Translations under genes and position numbers: made by a program | Notes under the pieces: generated by a model | Database searches by the model: none | What the model was told of the DNA's origin: nothing | Seen by the model: only the letters and a program-made list of their open reading frames with translations | Part shown: positions 18,874-28,700 of the stretch, piece after piece | Layout of the letters: each line of letters starts with the position of its first letter | Numbering within the stretch: the stretch's first letter is position 1 | DNA from: Candidatus Woesearchaeota archaeon | Lineage (GTDB): Archaea > Nanobdellota > Nanobdellia > Woesearchaeales > ARS49 | Assembly: GCA_017609645.1 (NCBI GenBank) | Contig: JAFCDQ010000002.1 | Coordinates: 145,470 to 209,469, forward strand | Direction: 5' to 3' | DNA: 64,000 bases

Positions 18874-18916
18874 ACCAACTTCTCCTTTAAACCTAAAGAT
18901 AAAATTTTTTCAGCTA
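18870..18916 (-). pseudogene. orphan copy of the integrase 3' end (AEKILSLGLKEKLV*)
   Basis: 18869-18916 is 44/48 identical to 21072-21119; 3 of the 4 changes are synonymous. Confidence 0.9.
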
Positions 18917-19001
18917 AAAACACAATTTTATAGACGATAAAAACAAAATACACCTACCTTTTTTACTGTCACTAATAAGAACTATGAAAAATCAGATAAA
19001 A
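18912..19001. repeat. 90-bp cassette-boundary repeat, copy 2
   Basis: 88/90 identical to 16243-16332; abuts the stop codon of the Lrp gene. Confidence 0.95.
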
Positions 19002-19958
19002 TTAGATAGGTAATGTCTTTGCCTCGCTTTCATTCTCAATTAAAAAAATCTGAGAAGTCTCAATTTGATTTTTGAATTTTTTATTGATGTCTTTAATGGT
19101 TTTCCTAAATTCTTCTTCATTTTGATAAAATACTTGGATTAGACAATTGTAATCTCCTAGTCCAAAGAATAAAGCATTTATGTGTTTATGTTGTTTACAA
19201 AAGGTTCTTAACTCTTTACGAGTTTTTCCATCTAAATTTTTTAATTTAATTCTTAAATTTCCAAAGTAAAATCCTAGTTTCTCTATATCAAATTGAATTT
19301 TTACTCCGAGAATGATTTTATTTTTGTAAAATTGTTTTAATTTGTAAACGATTAATTCGCTGGAAAGTCCTGTTTTTCTGGCAATATCAATAATTTTAGT
19401 TCTGCCGTTTTTTTCCAGAATTTTCAATATTTCTAAATCCTTATTTTTGAGCTGGATTGTTTTAATTAAATCGCTTACAACGTATATTTTTTCTTCATCT
19501 GAAAAACCAAAGGTTTTAAGAGGATAAAATTCACCATAACTAGTTGTAAATATAGAATAATCAATTATGTCAGCTTCATGTTTCTTCAAAAAAGAATAAA
19601 ATTCTTTTTCAAAATCAAGCTTATTCTTAAAAACAAAATCCACAAACAAATCATAAGAGGAAATCTCATCACCTAAAGTAATAACCTTCTTCATACTCTT
19701 AAGCTCTTTTTTAATTAACTCCTTATTGTTTTTAATTTTCAACCAAACTATAACAAATTCATTATAACCCAGAAGACTATAATTGAAAATAGTCAAATAT
19801 TTCTTGATGATGCCTTCTTTTTCATACTTCTTAAGCCTATACTCTACTTGATCTCTAGAAATCCTGCAAGCTTTAGCTATCTTAGTCAAAGGCTCTCTAT
19901 AATGATGATACAAATATGAAAACATCTTCTTATCTTGCTTATTGAGCTTCATAGACAA
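19002..19958 (-). CDS. Lrp/AsnC-family regulator with two tandem Lrp units
   Basis: Two HTH-AsnC modules (LNKQDKK...IAKACRIS; LKNKDLEIL...IARKTGLS). Confidence 0.88.
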   Translation of the reverse strand: MSMKLNKQDKKMFSYLYHHYREPLTKIAKACRISRDQVEYRLKKYEKEGIIKKYLTIFNYSLLGYNEFVIVWLKIKNNKELIKKELKSMKKVITLGDEISSYDLFVDFVFKNKLDFEKEFYSFLKKHEADIIDYSIFTTSYGEFYPLKTFGFSDEEKIYVVSDLIKTIQLKNKDLEILKILEKNGRTKIIDIARKTGLSSELIVYKLKQFYKNKIILGVKIQFDIEKLGFYFGNLRIKLKNLDGKTRKELRTFCKQHKHINALFFGLGDYNCLIQVFYQNEEEFRKTIKDINKKFKNQIETSQIFLIENESEAKTLPI

Positions 19959-20090
19959 AATATTCGTCTTTATCTATATAAATTTTACTATTTCATTAAA
20001 CTATTTAAAGATTTTATTTAACAAATTAGGAAAAACTAGGGAAAATCTTTATTAATAGGTGCGTTATCTATTTTGTAGTAGTTAAGAATA

Positions 20091-21041
20091 ATGGAGATTA
20101 AAAATAAAATGAATGAAGAAATAGAAAAACTGGAACAAGAGAAAAAAGAAATAGAAAAGAAAATAACACTAGAAGGAAAAAAACAAAAACAAGCAGCCAT
20201 AACTGAATTAGTGGAAAACTTCACTAAAAAAAGAATAGAAAGTTTAAATGAAAAATTAATTTCTCCAAAAGACCTTAAGGTATGGCACTGTTACGATGGT
20301 ATAATTAACCTTAACATGCCTTTTATTTACTCAAATCAAGAAATTTTATTAAATTTTAGAACAAAAAATAAAGCATTCAGAAAAAAAATTATTGATAATA
20401 AAGCGAAAACTATTGAAAACTTAATCTTTGAAAATGGATTTATAAAATCCGATCATATATTCAATACACTGAGATCCTTTTTGGACAGTTATTATTTTAA
20501 TCTTAAAACTGATGATCTAATTAAAGAAGCAAAGTATGAAATCGCTGAAGTTTTAATAAAAAATAATGAAACAGGAATTTTAAGCGGCAATGTACACTAT
20601 AAAGATTATACCCTTGATCCAAATCAATATGGCTCTCCTCTTCTCGCACCAATTTTCAAATTAAATTATTTATTAGATGTTGTTGAAAATGAAGAAACAA
20701 AAAAAGATCTAAAAATAATACAAGAAAGAAGAATGAAAGAATTTTTATCAAATAAAAAAATAATAAATTTAGAAGATTTCGAACTCACATTTATTTTAAA
20801 TAAAACTTCTTTTAATGAAGTAATAAGTAGAACTGACGGAAAACCTTTTTTAATAAGCGCTGGCATGAATAGCGGAGATATTCCTTCAGAGTACGAGCAA
20901 GATTATGAAAAATTAAAACAAGACGTCACAAAAACGTTACTAGAAGGACAAAAAGAAATTTTAACATACATGTCAAAAAATCCTAAAATATACATTGCTT
21001 TGATTAAAAAATTAGCAAATTGTAAGGTTGAAAATGAGTAA
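20091..21041 (+). CDS. hypothetical protein
   Basis: 316-aa ORF with an N-terminal coiled coil; no motif recognised. Confidence 0.7.
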   Translation: MEIKNKMNEEIEKLEQEKKEIEKKITLEGKKQKQAAITELVENFTKKRIESLNEKLISPKDLKVWHCYDGIINLNMPFIYSNQEILLNFRTKNKAFRKKIIDNKAKTIENLIFENGFIKSDHIFNTLRSFLDSYYFNLKTDDLIKEAKYEIAEVLIKNNETGILSGNVHYKDYTLDPNQYGSPLLAPIFKLNYLLDVVENEETKKDLKIIQERRMKEFLSNKKIINLEDFELTFILNKTSFNEVISRTDGKPFLISAGMNSGDIPSEYEQDYEKLKQDVTKTLLEGQKEILTYMSKNPKIYIALIKKLANCKVENE

Positions 21042-21072
21042 GAAAAAACCAAAAGAAATTTTTTAAATATCA

Positions 21073-22287
21073 CTAAACCAACTTCTCTTTTAAACCTAAA
21101 GCTAAAATCTTTTCTGCTAGAAGTTTTTGGACATCTGAGTCTTTCATTAACTGAGTCATTAAAGTATTAACATTGTTTGTTGAGTTTTGTTCTTGTAAGA
21201 ACTGTTTTTGAGATTGTAGTTTTGTTTTTTCATCAAGGATAGCAGCGCATTTAGAACAATAAACATTATCTTTAGCATTAATGCTATCACAACGAGGACA
21301 TTTTTTAGGAGATTCTTGTTGTTTTTTCTCCTCAACAACCAAGCCGTTCATTTTAAGAATAGCACTATCTAAATCCCTGCCGCTTAAATGAACATAAGTG
21401 CTAGGCATGTCAGAACCCTGAATCCAGCCAAAATATTGATTCATCTGAAACTCAGTTAAGTGATTAGCTAAAATACTGGCACGAGAATGACGAAACAAAT
21501 GAGGATTACACCTTTTCTTAATACCAGCAGAACGAAAAGCATCTTTTAAAATCCTGGCAAGAGCATTATACCTCATAGGCTTATGATAATTACAAGAACC
21601 AACATTAACCCACAAAGGAGCTTCAGGATCATCTTTAAAAGGATGACAATTAAGCCAGGTTGTAAGATAAGTCGTAGCATTAATCACCCTAACTCTTCTA
21701 GAACCAGTTTTGCCATGCAAGTTTAAAACAGTTCCATGCTGGTCAAAAGCAATATTTTTCAAACATAAAGTACCAATCTCCCCAATCCTGCACCCGCTTT
21801 CAGCAATAATAGCAATAAAAGCTTTATTCCTGGGATGGTCACTAGCCCTGATAGCTTTTGTAACCTCTTCTTCAGTAATCAAGTCCTGAGTATTAAGAAT
21901 TTTAACATCCTTAGATTTTAAAGAAGAACGAATCCATTTAACTTCTTTAGGATATTCTTCATTACCATTTAACCATTTAAAGAATTTCTTTAAAATAGCA
22001 CGATAAGTAGCCTTAGTCCAGGGAGACCATTCTTTTTCATCAAAAAAACAAACAATTCTTTTAATATCATCAATATCTGCCTTATCAAAATCCTTTTTTA
22101 AAAAAAGAGCTAGGTTTCGTACTACTTCTAATAATTTAACTATTCTGGGCTTACTTATGCCTTGCAGGATGCAATCCTCATAAAAAGTCTTAATCAAACC
22201 CTTATTTTTCTTGCTTATAGAAATCTTTTCTAAATAATCAAGCTCTCGCTTTAACTTTTTCGGATAATTATGGATATCTATATTCAT
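21073..22287 (-). CDS. int: tyrosine recombinase/integrase with C-terminal zinc ribbon
   Basis: GCRIGE, GKTG, HLFRH, FGW, TYVHL catalytic set; CPRC...CSKC; AGGAGGT RBS; adjacent to tRNA. Confidence 0.95.
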   Translation of the reverse strand: MNIDIHNYPKKLKRELDYLEKISISKKNKGLIKTFYEDCILQGISKPRIVKLLEVVRNLALFLKKDFDKADIDDIKRIVCFFDEKEWSPWTKATYRAILKKFFKWLNGNEEYPKEVKWIRSSLKSKDVKILNTQDLITEEEVTKAIRASDHPRNKAFIAIIAESGCRIGEIGTLCLKNIAFDQHGTVLNLHGKTGSRRVRVINATTYLTTWLNCHPFKDDPEAPLWVNVGSCNYHKPMRYNALARILKDAFRSAGIKKRCNPHLFRHSRASILANHLTEFQMNQYFGWIQGSDMPSTYVHLSGRDLDSAILKMNGLVVEEKKQQESPKKCPRCDSINAKDNVYCSKCAAILDEKTKLQSQKQFLQEQNSTNNVNTLMTQLMKDSDVQKLLAEKILALGLKEKLV

Positions 22288-22365
22288 ATTCTTACCTCCT
22301 GTGAACAGAAATAAAAACCTTGTAGCACCAACGCTGCCACACTAAACGTTTTCACAGAAGTTAAA

Positions 22366-22461
22366 CGCCCCAGCCGAGAGTCGAACTCGGGTTAGAGCCT
22401 TTTTGCGACAGCAAAAACCTGCCTCGACAGGGCTCTGTGATGACCACTACACTACTGGGGC
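22366..22461 (-). tRNA. tRNA-Asp(GTC) with a 24-nt intron at 37/38 (22401-22424)
   Basis: Acceptor GCCCCAG/CTGGGGC, anticodon stem GAGCC/GGCTC, T arm CCGAG-TTCGACT-CTCGG, G73; BHB CUGU-CGA / GCAA-AAA with one mismatch; no encoded CCA. Confidence 0.95.
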
Positions 22462-22507
22462 ATATAAGAGAAAAAGCTATGATTGATTTATAAATTTAAT
22501 GGTGAAT

Positions 22508-22789
22508 TTATGCTTTTCCTATATCTTTAACAGCATCCATCGGAGAGATTAACTTGTACAATCTCTTTCTCGAATCATTAGGATCTAAAGAAATCTTTAA
22601 CCAACCAGATTTTTTCAATCTAGAAAGAATAATACTAACATTTTCCTTTAACAAAACATCTGCTTTTTTATGATCAAACTGATTATCCTTAAATTTATTC
22701 CAAATTCTAGAATAAGCTAACATAATCCACTTAGGCAAAGGTCTAACTGACCATTCAATCTTCCTAATATTTATTTTCTTCTTCTCCAT
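22508..22789 (-). CDS. small winged-helix DNA-binding protein (copy A)
   Basis: SIILSRLKKSGWL...DPNDSRKRLYKL, MarR-like wing. Confidence 0.8.
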   Translation of the reverse strand: MEKKKINIRKIEWSVRPLPKWIMLAYSRIWNKFKDNQFDHKKADVLLKENVSIILSRLKKSGWLKISLDPNDSRKRLYKLISPMDAVKDIGKA

Positions 22790-25700
22790 TTTTTACGCTT
22801 ATATTTATTTTTAATTTGAATAATGATTAAAATAAAGAAAAGTATAGCAAAAGTAGCAGAAACATAAAACACAACAGCCCAATTCGCCGTAGTCTCAACA
22901 CCAAAAAAGAAAGCCTTACCTGCCGCAGGCACTCCACCTTCACCAGGCCCAACACCTTCTTCTAATTCCTCACCCATAATAGAAGCACCACCAGGAAACT
23001 CTCTCACACCAGGAATTTCATTAACAGGAATAGAACTATAATTCACAACCTCAGGAGTACCCCCTCCACCAGCAGCACCAGCCGCCGCAGCAGCAGCATT
23101 AGATTCGCCTGCAGCAGAATAATCCAAATTATCAATCTTATACTTACCTTGCGACAAACTACAAACATACTTGCCAGATGTTCCAGGACAATCAATCAAA
23201 AACTCATTAACATCATCACAAGTATTAGACAAATTCGCAACAGTAACATTCTCAACATCCTCAACACAAACCCTGCCCGAATTCAAAACAATATCAACAT
23301 AAAGAGACTTACCAGACTGATTAGACAAATTCAAACCACTAACCGAAATAGCACCAAAAGAACCATTAAATAATTTAGAAACATTAATCCAATTTAACTT
23401 TAATTTATTCAAAGAAAAATTCCACAAAAACTCAACACTAGGTAAATTAGTTTCATTAAACAAAACAACCAAAACACCAGTAAAATTCTGACCCAAATTA
23501 GAAGAACCATTGACTTCAATACTGAAATTAACTAAATTAGTAGTAACAAAACTCTTATTACCAATCAAAGGATCCTTAGGATCAATAATCAAATCACGAT
23601 CAACATCACAATCCTCAGGACAATTAGTAACATTCTCACTATAATTCATTTCACAAATACCATTACCACAAAAAGTCAATAATTGCAAAATATACTCAGT
23701 CAAATTCGCACGAATATCATCAAACACACCATAATCAGACTGATTATTCGTGCTGGAAAGATTTCTTAAAATAATATGATCAAAACCATAAATATTACCT
23801 TCTTCCTCATAATCAGCCACCCAATTCACAGAAAGTCCTGTAAAAAGATTATTTAATGTTCTATTAGCCTCGATTGCAACAGGATTTAAAGGTAAATTGA
23901 TTGTAAGATTTGTTAATTTAGCCAGATATTTTGAATCAGTAATTCCTTCTCTTAATCCTTCAAATGAAATTGTTGATAACATATCTCCATTCCAAGTAGG
24001 ATAAGCTAAAAGAAAATCAGGAAGATTACGGGCAAGATTATAACTCCAAAATAAATCAAAATCAATATAAGGATCCTTTATATAAGACCCATATGCATAA
24101 ACCCCCACAGCCTTTGCAGTTGTTTTATATGCAAAATAACCTGCTAAGAATCTATTATAAACAGGATTTCTTAAATTAGAATAATAAGTCGTATAATAAC
24201 CAAATTTACTTGCATTTGCATCAATTCTTGTTTCATTAGTTGTTGATGTTAAAGCATGAAGTTTATAATCCAGCAAAGGATCAAGCCCTGGAATATTGGT
24301 GCCTATAGGAGCGTAAGTTCCTGTGCCAACAACATTATTTTCACATCTTGGATATGTATATGTTGTCCAAGTCCTTTCATCACTCACATTATTCTTAATT
24401 ATTCCTAAAAGCCTGTCTGCATAAACTCTTTTCTCTAAGTCATCAGCTGGTTCGTCAACAACAGAGAATATAAGTTCTATTCCTCTTACATCTCCAACCG
24501 AACTTAAGTTCTGAATTAATATAATATAAGCATCAATAAAAGTTTTATTAGAAAATTGTTCATAAATTGTTCCTGCAGTAACTCCTAATTCAGTTGCCAC
24601 CCTCAAACTGCGGCTAGGAGATATGACAAGATATTGTTCTCGTGGAAGAATATTTTGATTTTGCAGTACATCAAAATAATTTTCAACTTCACTTAAGTTA
24701 TAGCAAATTACTGCAGTACAACCTGCTTCTCCATTTTTGTGCATCTCTATATCTGGAGCAGAAGCTACCTGAACTACTGTATTTGCTTGGTGTTCTTCTA
24801 TATTTTCATAGACTTTGGTATTATTCTCAGAATTAAGCAACATTAATGGACTAGCATATAAGAAACTCTGACTATCCGGCAAATTGAGAGTAAAATTCAG
24901 AACATCTATTCTTACTGGAATATCAAATAATTTCTCTGAATTATTATAAACAGTTATATTTCCTGTATAATTTCCTAAAGCAGTTTCCGGCACTTCTATT
25001 GTTATCCAAAATCTTTGTGTTTTATTTTGAATTATATTAATATAATCAAATTTATTTAACAAATCTGGCATTAATCCAATTGCTTGTCTATTAATATCAT
25101 CTAAGCTATAACTATTCCAGAATTTCAAACCTTGAGCAACTTGATATACACTAATATTTGATACAGGCAAACTTTCTTGTGAGTTTGAAAGATTTGTTAA
25201 ATTTACTTCCACACTAGTAAGATTTACTAAACTAGCTATTGAGAAACTTATTGAGAACGTCTCTCCTTTTGCAATAGTTTTATTTATTGAATTATTAATT
25301 TCATCAGCAGCAGGGATTGTAGTCTCATACACAGGCGCCATAATATTCTTACTAAACCACACCACATCTTTTGAGATAACATTAGTTCTTGTTTGATCAA
25401 ATCTTTTGAAACCGCTTTTGTTTGCAAGTAAATCCTCCCATAACTCATAATTATTTTGTGTTACCGCATGCAAAGCAACATAATCAATAGGCAAATTAGG
25501 ATTTGCTGCAGATCTTAACTGTATTTTGTAAACTCCATCGACTGACTTTAACAATGACAAATTAGATCTTTTAATTAAGCCATGTTCTACAACAACATTA
25601 TCGCTTTTATATCCTGGTAAAGAAACAACATCAAAACTAGTATTTCTAAACGCAGCATAACTTTGTATTCGAATTTTATTTGTATCTGTTGTACCAACAA

Positions 25701-28700
25701 GTGAACTATTACCCACATCTTTGTATCTAATTTCAACAATCATATTAGTTAACGGTAAACCATCACTATTATTATTAAAAGCAAGGAAACTAATATTAGT
25801 TTCATTTCCAGAAGTCAAGTTTCTAAAAGTGACGCCTCCTTCAGAAAAATTAGCAGAAAATGTATTTGTAGGAGTAACATTAATTGTACCATTCAAATCA
25901 TCTACTCCGCCAAAATCAAGGCATTTAACAGTAGCATTATTTATACAATTCAAAATCAAACAATCTTCAGGACAATTCGAATAATTTTCTCCACTATCAC
26001 AAACACCATTACTACAATAATTAAGAGATCTACTAATATTTAAAATCTTTTCAATACTTAAACTTACATTATATATTCTAACTTCATCAATAGAACCATT
26101 AAATTCACCTGCAGCACACGTCCTATTTCCTCCAATAGCATTACATAATGAAGAAGAACCTAGAAGATTCATATTTCTACTCAGATATAATCCTTCTCCA
26201 TTTTTGTATAATCTCATTTTACTTCCATCAAACTGTAATGCCCAAAATGTCCATCTGTTTGGTTCATAGAACAAGTTTAATCTTGCAGAAGTTCCTATTG
26301 GTCTGGTTTGATTGAATAGGAAATAACTTGAATTTCTTGTCTCAACTTCAAAACTATAACCTTCATAAAATCCTAAAGCAATCATATCATTTTGTGTGCC
26401 CTGATTGAATCTTGTCAAGAAAGTTATTGTATATTCATCAGATAAATTACCCAAATCACTAGGCAATTTAATATATCCTCCTCCATTTAATACCAAAGCA
26501 TTCCCATTTTGCGTTCCAGAGAAATTAACAGTGCCAATTATCTCACCGTCCCTATAATTTCCTGACAAATCAAATACAGAATCAGCATCACATTCACCTG
26601 AAGCATTATTAAAACTATAATATGCCATTAAATTGGGTTCTTGAATTAATTGAAGATTTGTTGTAGAATGAAGAACAGGAGTGTTTGCATTATTTGTTGT
26701 ATTAAGTCTTGCTTGATACTGTAGTAATCGTCCTTCATCGTCTAAAATCGAGCCAGAGTTATCGTCATAATTACTCCAACTAGACCAATTAATGAATAAA
26801 TCACTTATTTCATTTGCATTTAAAGTTTTGTTGTAAGTAGCTAAAACATCAATCGTTCCATTAAAAAAAGTTCCATTTACATAAACACCAATATCAGTTC
26901 CATTGAAAGGAATATGCGCCGCACCACCCGCAACACCGCCAGTGTAATTTGTTGCAGGAGTTGTTACTAAGAATGTCCATGCTTTTCCTACTTCTTTTAT
27001 CCAAGAAACAATACTCCTATTTGATACATTAATATATGAAACATTAATTGAAGAAGTATCTCCATCAAACTTCAATGCACCATTACTTTCAAATAAACCA
27101 CCTGTTCGCGTAGTATTATGTTCTCGACCATAATTACTGCCTATTTCATCATAGATTCCTGCTTCTTTTGCATATATTTCTTTAACTTGTGAATCATTGA
27201 GTGATATATTGTAGACTCTTAAGTTGTCTATCTCTCCATCATTATAAATAGCTGAACCAAAACCAATAAATTCTGCAGCAAAAGCAACAGCAGATGTATT
27301 CCAAATACCACATTTAGCTAAATTTGTTACATCCTGTCCGTCAATATACATTTTTGTTCTTGTAGTTCCATCACCATAAAGGACAGTGCCTACCTGATGC
27401 CATTCTTTATCAAGAATTAGAGTCGAACTATAACAACTCTTTCTACCTTCTTCTGTTGCGTATTGCACTATTAACTCATCCCAATCTCTAATTCCAAGAT
27501 AATAACCTCCTGCTGTAACGCCTAAAATTAGATTCCAAGTAGTTATATCAGCTCTTTTTATCCAAACAAGAACCGTAGAAGTATTAGTTATAGTTATATT
27601 GTTATTAATCACAATATAATCATCAACACCATCAAATACCCTTCCCCCTCTTATAAATCCTTCTTGAGTATATGCCGTTCCATTATTTGTTCCATTATTT
27701 TCTTGTCCAGAATAATCTGCAAAATCATTTATTGAATTAAATTTATAGTGCAATGACAAATTACCATTTATTGTATTATTTGCAGTAATGTTTGTTGAAT
27801 CAGTTCTGTTAAATTTCCATAAATTTCTAAGAGAAGGATTGCTTTCATTTATTCTAGTATAATTTCCTATACGATATTTTACCTCAACACTTGTTCCAGC
27901 TGGTTCTGTGGTTGTCCAACTTAAAGTAGTCCAATTAGAACTAACATTATTTGTATCTATAATTCCTCCTGTAAACGTTCCTGAATAAGTCTGAGTATTT
28001 CCTGATGTGTTAAATCTTGTTTGATTATAAACTTCTTCTATTTCATTTGCTGTTAATGATCTGTTCCAGACGTATACATTTTCTATGCTGCCGTTAGTAT
28101 AAAGAGCTGAACCAAACCCAATAAATTCTGCTTTAAAAGCAACAGCAGATGTATTCCAAATACCGCATTTAGCTAAATCTGTTACATCCACTCCATCAAT
28201 ATACATTTTTGTTCTTGTAGTTCCATCACCATAAAGGACCGCGCCTACCTGATGCCAGTCCGTATCAAGAATTAGAGTAGAACTATAACAACTCTTTCTA
28301 CCTTCATTAGTAATGTATTGTATTACAAGTTCATCCCAGTCTCTAATTGCAAGAAAATGCCCTCCTGCTACAACTCCTAAAATAGACTCCCACGAAGTTA
28401 AATCCTCTCTTTTTATCCAAGCAAGAATAGTGCTTGTATTAGTTATGGTTAAATTATCATCAAGTATTATGTAATCATCTTTCCCATCAAATTCATATCT
28501 CTCAAATGTATGAGTAGCTCCATGAACTGTCCCATTACTCTTTCTTAAAATCCCAGTATCGGTTGCATCTTCAACAAAATCCCATCTTGCAACTAAATCA
28601 TTAATTTGAGGCAAAGTAGCTTGGCTATCAAATGGCTTTATTTCAACGCCAACATCAATCGTACAATTATCTCCTTCATCACAAGTTCCATAATAAAAGT

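Larger units (their letters stand above)
8766..22377. mobile_element. integrated element (~13.6 kb) at the tRNA-Asp 3' end
   Basis: 13-bp direct repeat ACGCCCCAGCCGA at 8766-8778 and 22365-22377 (tRNA 3' end); tyrosine integrase next to the tRNA; accessory cargo between. Confidence 0.85.

Noticed and set aside
21073-22287. Classical integron integrase or SSV1-type split integrase
   Set aside because: No IntI-specific insertion or GTTRRRY sites recognised; the gene is intact and the tRNA att lies outside it
27230-28492. LamG duplicate as a DGR template/variable repeat pair
   Set aside because: Differences involve all four bases, both copies are in-frame coding, and no reverse transcriptase is present in the window
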